From positions 710,116,708 to 710,180,707 of the forward strand of contig NC_058130.1 in the NCBI RefSeq assembly GCF_016433145.1: a DNA stretch of 64,000 nt, given 5' to 3'. Both the position numbers and the translations under genes were made by a program. Shown here one piece after another: positions 1 through 27,139 of the stretch; within the stretch, counting starts at the first letter, position 1, and each line of letters opens with the position of its first letter. The stretch comes from Gracilinanus agilis (Eukaryota). The notes under the pieces are model-generated. The model had not been told where the DNA came from and did no database searches. It saw only the letters and a program-made list of their open reading frames with translations.

Positions 1-134
1 GGTTCAAATTCGGCCTCAGAAACTTCCCAGCTGTGTGACCCTGGGCAAGTCACTTGACCACCATTGCCCACCCTTTACAACTCTTCCACCTAGAAGCCAA
101 TACACAGAAGTTAAGGGTTTAAAAATATATATAT
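1..134 (+). mobile_element. SINE1-type marsupial SINE (5' end cut by the window edge)
   Basis: tRNA-derived B-box GGTTCAAAT, CORE segment CTGTGTGACCCTGGGCAAGTCACTT, tail AAGGGTTTAAAAA. Confidence 0.85.
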
Positions 135-588
135 TTATCAGTGCATTGTTGGTTCAGGCCTTCCCAGTAAGAAGACTGAATTCCTTTCATGGTGAAGGGC
201 TGGAGGAAGAGATGAGGAGCCAGAATACCTACATTCTGGTCCTTTGGACCTGATCTGTTTCTGGGTGGGGGAGGAGGGGAGAGGAGAGGGAAGAAGGAAG
301 GCCAGTTGGGTGTGGAGTCCAGATCCCTTCTTCCGCTCTGCTTTGCACCTCTAGTTCAGCCAGGCAGGCCAGAGAGGGGGATCAGGCGGATAAGGGGGCG
401 ATGGCGGTTCTCTAGTCCCAGATGCCTCTGCTGGAGGGTCTCGTGGGAAGAGTTAGGTTCTCTAACTAAGAGCAGCACCCCCTCTCCTGTCCCCGTCTCC
501 TAACACCCGCAGAGGGCCACAGGTGGGCACTTTCACAGTTTTGGTGAGTTCCTTCTGGTCCGGCCAGCTCAGGCCAGCTCAGGCCTCC

Positions 589-14666
<14,078 letters not shown>

Positions 14667-14739
14667 AGCTCGCCTCCCCGGGGGTAGCCCCAACCTCAGC
14701 AGCCAGCACAGCCGCAACCCGCCCAGCAGAACTGCCGCT

Positions 14740-14845
14740 CGGCTCTTTAACGCTGCCACCTTCTGGGCCGGACCCCGGAACTCAGGTCTGGCCAATGGCC
14801 CGCGATAAAGGGGCGGGCCCTTCGCCCCACCAACCAATCAGGGAG
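14740..14845 (-). promoter_or_regulatory. MAN2B1 core promoter in a CpG island
   Basis: CCAAT boxes at about 14792 and 14834 and a GC box (GGGGCGGGC) at about 14810, 130-170 nt upstream of the ATG; CpG-rich about 14500-15010. Confidence 0.6.
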
Positions 14846-15372
14846 CGAAAGGGGCAAGACCCGAGAGAAGAGGCGGAGAATGAGCAGACTGAGAGAAACT
14901 TTCTTACACATATATTTGTATTGGTTGCTACAAGTAGTTACAAGCTGCCTGCCCCGCGCCCGCGGCCCCAGCCCGGGCTGCCTCAGCGCGGGGATGTCAG
15001 TCCCAAGACTCAGCCCTCTGGGATGCACCCTGGCCCAAGACGAGGGCAGGCACTGGGGCTCAGCAATCGCAGGATCCTCCTCAGCCCAGGGTGCCCGGGG
15101 CAGGGAGGCTGGAAAGGAATTCGGGGCTGGGGGATACTGACAGGGCCAGAGCCCCAGAATAAGCCATTTTTCAGCGGAGATAAGGTCAGAGTAAGGACCT
15201 TCCAGCGTGGACTCACGAGCTGAGGCCCCAGATTTGGAGCAGAGGCTGAGAAGTGATCACAGGAGTGAGGAATGAATAAATTTCCGTCTTTTTTTTTTTT
15301 CCGGCCCAGAAACCAACAGTGAAAGCCCTAGGGTCCTGAAGTCCAGGCTGAAGAACCGGGAGATTGGTGCCT

Positions 15373-16479
15373 TTACCACGGAGGTGTCATAGGCTGGGGG
15401 TTCTGGAGATAGGACATGACCACAGCAGAAATAGAGAGCCTGTTTGGAGTGAAAGAGGGTGAAGCTAGGACTACAAAGAGCCCAGGAAGAACTGAGGCTC
15501 TTCGATCCCTATGTTAGGTGGGGCAAAAGGGAGGAAAGAGGGAACAAGGACACAGTCACTCCCTCACCTCACTAGGGCTCCCACCAGAGCTATGCCCAAT
15601 CACCAGGACTCACATGAAGCTACTCATCATCTGCTTGGTGTCTTCAGAGCTTCGAGAATTGGCAAAGCTGATAAAGGAACAATAGACAGCAATCCAGGCA
15701 CACCATTTCAACTGTGGAAAAGAAAGGCGGCACATCAGGCTGTGTTGGAGTGCTCTCCTTGATCCAAGAACCCTTGGCCAGAAGCCTCATCCCAGGAGCA
15801 TGTCTTTTCATTCAGGGTGCCCACAAGAGGCATCCTGTCCCACCTCATATACCCTCCTCCCTCTCCCAGGGCTGCACCTTTAGCATGAGGCCACACATGC
15901 TGAAAATCATTCCCAGCAAGTTCATGTAGTCTGGAGTCGGATCCTCCAGGGCTGGGTTGTTCTCTGTGGCAGGTGGCTTGTACCTGGGCAAAGAAAGGTT
16001 TCAAAGAAAAATACTTTCCCAGCCCATCTTGAAGCCCCTCGGCTTTACTTTCCCAAGATTTATTTTCCCAAGCTAAGCAATTGCTCTCTCTAGCTCTCTA
16101 AGCATAGGGAGACAATTATCATGAAATAGGTTTTTCCAGCCTGGGGTCTGTAAGAACAGGAAGTGGAGCCAAGAGAAACAACCTTTCCTCCACGGATCTC
16201 CAAAAGAAGGAGAGACATATAACCAGATTTCTTAACTCTGATCTCTAAGTGCAGGGTCGGGAGTCAAAAAGCCAGCTTCCCCAGGTAAAGATTTCTAAAC
16301 AGAGTGGGGAGTCTAAGGAAATAGCTCTCCCTTGTAGGATCGCTAAGTGCCGGCTGTAGTCATGGAATGGGCTTCGCGGTCGGGAAATCTGGGAGCTTCA
16401 GGGGTCGGGAGGCGGGGCTGGATCCTCACCTGAGCACCTTGTTGGGCCGCCGGGGGTCCGACATGTTGTTCACAGACAT
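15373..16479 (-). CDS. WDR83OS: Asterix / PAT complex subunit, 106 aa, 4 coding exons
   Basis: Exons 16430-16479, 15878-15983, 15614-15711, 15373-15439 (321 nt): [106 protein letters not shown]. Near-identical to the human protein as I recall it. Confidence 0.98.
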
Positions 16480-16678
16480 GGCCTGGCCGGGAAGGGGCGG
16501 GGTATGCGGAGAGGGTTAGAGGAGGCACGCGAAACACTGGCTCTGACCCCGCCCTTTCCGCTCTCGCTGCCGGCACTTCCGGTCGGATACAACCCATCCC
16601 CGAAGCATGGGGGAACGCCTAGAGTGTAACGCTGCGGATGCGGACGCTTTCGTTCCAGTTACTACTCCCAACATGGCG
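16480..16678. promoter_or_regulatory. Bidirectional CpG promoter of WDR83OS/WDR83
   Basis: Divergent ATGs at 16479(-) and 16673(+). GC boxes at about 16494 and 16546, ETS/GABP CACTTCCGG at 16574-16582, YY1-type CAACATGGCG at 16669-16678. Confidence 0.8.
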
Positions 16679-19100
16679 TTTCCAGAGCCGAGACCCACGA
16701 AGCCGGAGCTGCCCCGGAAATCGGTGCGGAGCCTGCCCTGCCGCCAGGGAGCCGTGCGGGCCGTGCGCTTTAACGGTTTGTGCCCACCCTAACAGGGAAG
16801 AGAAGAAGAGGGAAAAGAAGGGGAGAGCGGAAGGGAAAGGGAAGAGGAGAGTGGGAAAGAAGGGTTGGGGCTGGAGGACGGAGGAGACAGCCGTCTTTTT
16901 ACCCTCTCCTCCTCTGCAGTGGATGGTCGGTACTGCCTGACTTGTGGCAGTGACAAGTCGCTCTCCCTGTGGAGCCCCCTCCGGGGGACATTGCTTCGGA
17001 CGTACAGTGGCCACGGGGCAGAGGTGCTAGATGCGGCCGGGTGAGAAGACCCTGCATCCTCCCAATACTTCCTTATTGCCGCCGTTAACCCCCCACTTCC
17101 TCCCTAGATGTTCCCGTGGCAGTTGAACCTTTTTTTGGTCTCAAATGTTTTCCACTTTATCTTTATTTGCGCCCACAGACTGTAAATTACCTCCCCACCA
17201 GAGGCTTCTCCCTAACCTCTGGACCACAATCCCATGCCTTCCTAAAGCTACTTCCTGCACCCCACTGATCCTTGTTTTCCCCCAGCTCATTTGACAACAG
17301 CCGTCTGTGCTCTGGGGGAAGTGACCGAGCTGTTCTGTTTTGGGATGTAGCATCAGGCCAGATTCTCCGCAAATTCCGGGGGCATGCTGGGGTAAGAACA
17401 GGAGTCAGAATGACTGGAGAGGAATCCAAGGCTGCCCTCTCCCCATCTTCCTCTGAACCCAGCACCCAGTCTTTTGGATGTAATCTCCCTGAATTCTCCT
17501 TCACTTGGTGCAAGCCCCTGACCAGTCAGGCTTTACCTACACTCCCTAGCTTCCACCAGACCATGTTGTTTCCCTGGCCTTCAAAGTCTAGTTCAAGAAT
17601 CCCAAGAAACCCTACCTAACCAAATCATTACTTTGTTCCTTTCCACAATTTGTAACTACCACTTAACTTAGTTCTGCCTGAGTTTTATGGCTTCATACAG
17701 TAGCCCATATTGACTAATCATTATCCCCATCTTATGCTGGCTTTACAGAAGGTAAACTGTGTGCAGTTCAATGAGGAGGCCACCGTGATTGTGTCTGGTA
17801 AGTTGAGAGTTCTGAGGGTAGGAGAAAGCTTCAGATGCCTGGGTCTTGCCCCTGCTTGCATTTCACTGGGAACTGGGTTCTGATTCCAGGCTCTATTGAT
17901 TCAAGCATCCGGTGCTGGGACTGCCGCTCACGACGACCTGACCCAGTCCAAATCCTAGATGAAGCCAAGGATGGCATATCTAGCGTGAAGCTGTCAGATC
18001 ATGAGATCCTAGCAGGGTGAGTACCAGAGGAAATTTAAGGAAAGAATGTATCTGCAGTGGCCAAGTGAAATCCTAACATTTCCAAACCCCTGCTGTCTCC
18101 CCCCAGTTCTGTGGATGGACGCTCTCGGCGCTATGACCTTCGAATGGGAGAGCTATATGCAGACTATGTGGGAAGTGAGTGTGAGACCCAAGGGGCTTGG
18201 GAGGGCCCAGCTGGGAACATTAATCCTCTCCTTGACCATTTTACAGGTCCCATAACTTGTGTGTGCTTCAGCAAAGATGGCCAGTGTACTCTCATTTCCA
18301 GCCTTGACTCTTCCCTTCGACTCCTGGACAAGGATACAGGGGAGCTGCTTGGAGAGTGAGCGAGATTACAAAGCGGGTGGCCTGTCATCAGTTCAACCAA
18401 TTGTTGTGTTAAGTTCCTTGTACCCACCTTTCCAGCCACCAGAAAAGTCACAAAGAAAGCTATGAAAAAGGGGGATGGCAGGTGTACAATTCTAAAACAT
18501 GAGATAATGAGGGGCACCAATCAGAAATTAATGTTCCAAGGGGGTCTGGGAAAGCTTCACGGTTGAAGGTCACATCTTGGTTGGGCCTTGATTGAATAGA
18601 AGGGGACTTCAACAAAGCCAGGCAGAGAAAACAGAGGAGAAATAAGATTATTTGATAAGGCAGAAGACTACATTATGGAAAGCCTTGAACCCACTTTTTG
18701 CCCTGGAGTTATTCAGAAGCCAGCCTGACGTTTCCCTACCTCAGGTACACAGGACACAAGAATCAGGAATACAAGTTGGACTGCTGCCTAAGTGAACGAG
18801 ATACCCATGTGGTCAGCGCCTCAGAGGACGGAAATGTCTACTTCTGGGATCTGGTGGAGGTGAATGCCCTCATCTTCCAGTACTCAATAGCAACCAGCAC
18901 CCTTCCTTCTCTCTCTTCCTCATTACAGTCTTTCTTTCCTATTCTAGGGCACTCTGGCTTTGACCCTGCCTGTGGGTAGAAGTGTGGTCCAGTCCTTGGC
19001 CTTCCACCCCACAGAGCCCTGCCTGCTGACTGCCTCAGAAGGCAATGTCCAGTGCTGGCGAGAAGAGTCATTTGTAGCAGAGGATGAACTGCCGGCTTGA
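16673..19100 (+). CDS. WDR83: WD-repeat protein 83 (MORG1), 9 coding exons, 316 aa
   Basis: Exons 16673-16775, 16920-17040, 17286-17391, 17749-17797, 17890-18016, 18107-18174, 18247-18355, 18745-18859, 18948-19100 (951 nt). Begins MAFPEPRPTKPELP...GAVRAVRFNVDGRYCLTCGSDK; WD repeats (GHAGKVNCVQFNEEATVIVSGSIDSSIRCWDCRS, GHKNQEYKLDC); ends ...EDELPA*. Confidence 0.98.
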
Positions 19101-19137
19101 AAGGCAGCACAGACATACATGGATGGGACGCATGAAG

Positions 19138-19143
19138 TTTATT
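19138..19143 (-). terminator. AATAAA poly(A) signal for DHPS
   Basis: TTTATT on + at 19138-19143, about 190 nt beyond the DHPS stop. Confidence 0.75.
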
Positions 19144-19265
19144 GACCTTAGGGATCTGTACGATTACCTGCCACATAAAGGGACCTTTATCCCAGGCCTG
19201 GGTATTTGCTGATCTTGGCCAGGGCACCATGAATGTTGGGAATGCCTGGGAAGTAATTTAGAGAC

Positions 19266-19271
19266 AATAAA
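19266..19271 (+). terminator. AATAAA poly(A) signal for WDR83
   Basis: AATAAA 165 nt after the WDR83 stop. Confidence 0.75.
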
Positions 19272-19329
19272 TAGGAGAGATCAGGGGTCAGGACCCCCCA
19301 GCTTCCAGGTCCCTATCGGAACCAGCTGC

Positions 19330-22288
<2,959 letters not shown>

Positions 22289-22379
22289 GAGCCCTCTGGG
22301 GGAGGTCCGAGGTCAGGGTCAGGCCGCCCGGTCCGACCTCGGCTCACCGGGGGCTCAGCGTGATCCCAGCGCCCGCATC

Positions 22380-22460
22380 CTTACCCCAGCTAGCACCGGA
22401 AGTAAGGCCAGGGAACAGAGACGGTAAAGGACCGGAAACGGCGCGGGTCACGTTTTCTTC
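22380..22460 (-). promoter_or_regulatory. DHPS promoter elements
   Basis: ETS CCGGAAGT at 22396-22403 and a second ACCGGAAA at about 22431, in a CpG-rich region about 110-150 nt upstream of the ATG. Confidence 0.5.
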
Positions 22461-22909
22461 TGCACAGACCTCCTACGGGTGCTGCCGAGGCTCGAGAGTT
22501 TCGCCAGCCCTCGCTCGCCCCCTATCGGTCTCCTGCAGAGAGCCTTAGGGCTCCCCGCTGTGGTTTCTGTCCCTCCAAGTCTGGAAGACGCTTTAGTCCT
22601 TGGCACCATGTTTAGGGACGCACGAGATCCCGCTTTGGGCAGGGCCAAGGCCTGCTCCGGGGCTAAATAAACTGGGTCATGTCCCTGTCTCTCTCGGAGT
22701 CTCTAAGTTACCCCTGCAAAATCACGGACTCGGACCAGTTCAGCTGACTGTACCTCTTCCAGCCTACTCTGCACATTTCACAGATCAGCCTATCAGCAGA
22801 GTTGGAGGTTGTTGTGTGCAGTGCCCTGAACTAAGAACAGCGAAAGATGTAAAGTTCAGTCAGGAAAGCATAACTGCCTTATGCAGCTCATTCTAGCAGA
22901 GAAGCTAGA

Positions 22910-23136
22910 AATGGTTGTGGTTCAGTCTTCATAATACCATTTGGGGTTTTCTTGACAAAGACCCCTAGAGTGGTTTGCCATTTCCTTCTCCAGCTCATTT
23001 TACAGATGAAGAAACTGAGGCAGTTAAATTACTTGCCCAGGGTCACACAGCAAGTACTCATCCAAGGCAGGATTTGAATTCAGTTTCTTCTGAAACTGAG
23101 CCTGGGACTCTATCCACTGAGCCACCTGACTGCCCA
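22910..23136 (-). mobile_element. MAR1-type CORE SINE
   Basis: GGGGTTTTCTTGACAAAGA...GAGTGGTTTGCCATTTCCTTCTCCAGCTCATTTTACAGATGAAGAAACTGAGGC. Confidence 0.75.
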
Positions 23137-23334
23137 CAGCTAGAGATATCAAGGCATAAAGTTATACACTCTTTATATGAGCAGTAGAGCTACAAAATAA
23201 AAGCAGGCTTAATATGCAGGAAGGAATTGGGATTCAGAGAGCTTAAGGAACTTTTCCCAATCACATAATATCTAGCTAGCTTCCAGAAACTGTACTACTG
23301 TCCTCTAACTCAGATCTTTTTCCACTGTACACTA

Positions 23335-23525
23335 AAGCAACGGTCTTCAAAACTTTGTTATATCAGGCACTTCACCAATCAACAATGTTTGGGCACATAG
23401 ACTAGATTGATGGTTTCCAAAACTTTTTATATCATGCATCTTGTCATTCAAAAAATGTTTGAGCATATGACCCCAACATGTATATATTTATTTTTAAGTT
23501 CTCTATATACACTCATTTATAAATT
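23335..23525. mobile_element. Possible hAT/Charlie-type MITE remnant(s)
   Basis: Two CA(A/G)TGGT(C/T)TTC(C)AAAACTTT starts resembling hAT-Charlie terminal inverted repeats; heavily decayed. Confidence 0.35.
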
Positions 23526-23548
23526 ATGGAAATGTATAATAGTGTAAG

Positions 23549-23780
23549 GGCAGCTAGGTGGTACAATGGATAAAAGACTGGAGTCAGGAAGACCTGTGTT
23601 AAAATCTGGCCTCAGACACTTCAAGCTGTGTGACCACGGGGCAAGCCACTTAACCCTGTTTGCCTCCTCATCTATAAAAAGAGCTGGAAAAGAGAATGGC
23701 AAACCACTCTAATATCTTTGCCAAGAAAATCCCAAATGGAGTTATAAAGAGTTGGACCTGACTGAATGACAACAAAATAA
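23549..23780 (+). mobile_element. MAR1-type CORE SINE
   Basis: GGGCAGCTAGGTGG...GAATGGCAAACCACTCTAATATCTTTGCCAAGAAAATCCC...ACTGAATGACAACAA. Confidence 0.75.
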
Positions 23781-24039
23781 TGATATAGTGGAAAGAGAAA
23801 TGGGTTCATGTCCTGACAAATGGTGACTATATTGAAGATCTCAAAGTGCTCCTGCTCTAGGCAACTCTAAAGCTGCAAATTGCCAAGATGTTAACCTGCA
23901 TTAGTGGAAGAAATTTTCCTCATCTAGGAGTCTCCCAAAAGAATGAAAATCACAGTCCTTATCACCCTACTACTAGGATAATATATGTTTGATAAAACTT
24001 TATAAAAAAATGTAAATTTTTAAAAGATGACATAAACTT

Positions 24040-24420
24040 TGATTATATGGTCAATAGAGAGCTATTGGAGTTTACTGAAAAGGGAAAGGTGTGTTTTGGC
24101 CTCTGTCCTTAGAAAATCACTTTGGCAGCCATGTGGAGGATGGATGAGGTAGGGAAGCCAACTAGACTGCTGGTCAAAGTCTAGATGAGAGGCTCCAAAG
24201 GCCCCAGCAAGGGTAAATGGAGAGGAGGTAGTTGTGAGAGGTAGAAACAAGACTACATTGACTGGCTATGTAGATCGAGGCAGGGACTGAGTACTGTGTG
24301 GTGGCTCTGAATGTGCCTGGAAGGAAGGTGGTGTCTTTCCCTGGAATAGGTTAGTTCAGAAGAACAGCAGGTTTAAAAGGAAAAGATAAAGTAATACTAT
24401 AGAGCACAACCTTTCCTTGT
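24040..24420 (-). mobile_element. L2 LINE fragment
   Basis: GAGCTATTGGAGTTTACTGAAAAGGGA...TTAGAAAATCACTTTGGCAGC, L2 reverse-complement pattern. Confidence 0.6.
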
Positions 24421-25769
24421 CCTCCTTGACTCCCTGACAAGAAAATGGGAAGGAGGGGAAAGATGGTTCTTCCTCTTGGGAAGCAGGACCTGACCATAAG
24501 AAGACCTTAGTGGCACAGCATTGGCCTCTCCCCATGGCTGCCACACATTCCCTGGGTCAGAACCACTCCAAGTGACAGGCACCTGACGAGGCCATAAGAG
24601 GTCAGTGGTGGGATGCAGCGAAATAGGGAAACATTGAGCCCTGATGGTCAAAGGGAATTGGAGATGGTGGAAGGGAATTTTGATTATTTCTAATTTAACA
24701 AAGGCCAAATAGAGGATTTCCATATACATCAAAGGCAAGGGTTGTACATAAAACTGAGGATTATTATAAGGTTAGGATAACTTTTCTTTGGATATGTGAG
24801 GGTTGGACATAAATAAGGCCATGACGGGTTGTGGAAGGGAAGGAGAGATTCATCTTCCCCACCCCTGTGGTCATGTACCATTTGAGGTAATGCCACAGTC
24901 CTTCACTTTGGAGCCTACTGCTATAGGTGATCTCTGTTCCTTCTGGCCATGACCTCCCACAGTCCAAGAAATCAGGCAGGACCCTGAGACATCAAGCTCG
25001 TGTGTTGGACCCCCAACACCTTTAAGTCTCCTGCCTGACAACTAGGTTACCATGATGTTCTTCCTTTGCCCACTTCACAGCCACTGCAGCTGCTGCTGCT
25101 TCCTGGCAGTGACATTTCATTCCCCAGGTGTCCTGGCTTCAAAGGCACTAGTGGGAGAGAAGAAAGGGAAGACTGCACCCTGGGAGTCCAGGGGACTGGG
25201 CTATTATGAGTGGATGGAGGAGGCTGCATTGCTCCCTGGGCACTAACCAGATCCAGCCCCTGACACTGAGAGGAACTCTCCTTGGAGAGGTGAGGATTAT
25301 AGGATTTAAAGTAGAAATATGAAAAAACTATTTAGTCCAATACCTTTATTTTACAAAAACCCTGAGGCCTGGAGATGGGGGAAGACTAGAAGAGCTGAGC
25401 TTTGCCTCTGAATCCAGACTCCACATGCAAAGCTCAAACAGCCTTTCTTGACTTCCAGGGAATGATCAAATGATGCATTCTTGGGCCTGGGGCAGCCAGG
25501 GCAATTCAGGTTAGGAAGGAGAGATGAAGGAATCTGGCTTGGGAACCATAGTATTTAAAGCTAGGAAAGGTTGTGAAGACCATCTAGTTTGATCACTTCA
25601 TTTCTCAGATGAGCAAACTAAGGTAGGGGGTGTAACTTTCCAAGACTGCAGTCACACCGTAAGTGGCAGAACAAATCTTTCAGCCTGGGGGATGGGAGGG
25701 GGGGGAAGGGGCCAGAGTGACTCAGGCAGGGACTGACCTCTCTCCCTGCAAGAATATAGAGGAGCTTGA

Positions 25770-26125
<356 letters not shown>

Positions 26126-27139
26126 TTTCCTCTCAAGGAACCCTTGTACCTTGAGATATCCCCATTGTGAGATCCTTTCCCTCAAATTCCTGAATCAACA
26201 CTCCTATCAAGATTCCTCACCTCCCTATCCTAAGATGCCCTTACCATCAGGTCCCTGTGGCCTGAGATATTCCCCACTCCCCCGAATCCCCAAGTCCTGA
26301 GCCATTCCCATCCTGCAACATCCCTTTCCAAGAGCCCTCCTCTCGTTTCCCTTCAGTCCCACATGGGGCCTAAGAGCCCCAGGAAAAGCCATGGTTTAGA
26401 CTTTATTAAAGATTAGGTCCTTAACTCCAGGTCTGAGTGAGAGTTCATATGTCTGGGAAGGAGAACCTTAAGTACCACTGTGATCCATCTCCCAAGGACC
26501 TAAGGGCCCAATGCATGCATCTCACAGCCACCCCTTCACATGGGCTCTCTCTCAATCTCTAACCAACATGCTTCTCATGTCACAGGTATGATTCTGCCAT
26601 TCAATAAGCCATACGGTCACAAACTGTAAACTGCCCCACCTTCACCCCCCACCCTCCAAGGGCAGAGCCACACACAGACACCCAATCTACATCCACACAA
26701 AGGCACAAAAGGCACCCAGGCAGAGGTCCCACAGGGCCCAGGTCGAAGCAGGGTGGGATGATCCAACAGGTTTATTCCTGAGCTTCTTAGCTCTCAATGG
26801 TGAGGGAAAGGGTATTTCAATAATAAATAACAGGGAGGTGGGGGGAGAGGGATCGGGTCTGGACGATACCGGAGGGACCCTCAATACTTCTCCTGTCCTG
26901 GAGGATGGGGTTTATCCCTCACTAGGAGCTATGGGCTTGCACGGTGGGAGCAATAGAGTTCCAGCCCCTAGAGAAAATGGCCAGAGCTTCTGGTAGCACC
27001 ACAGAGCCAGGTCCGAGACCCAGAGAGTTGGGATGGGCCCCAACAACAGAGTTTGGGGCCATGGAGGGGGAAGCATGAGCAGCAGCATAGGTCCCAAGAT
27101 GCCTCAACCAGACCCAGTCCTCTGAGCCGCATCCCCTCT

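Noticed and set aside
561-584. GGCCAGCTCA x2 direct repeat just after the MAN2B1 stop
   Set aside because: Short local duplication in the UTR with no supporting evidence of function.
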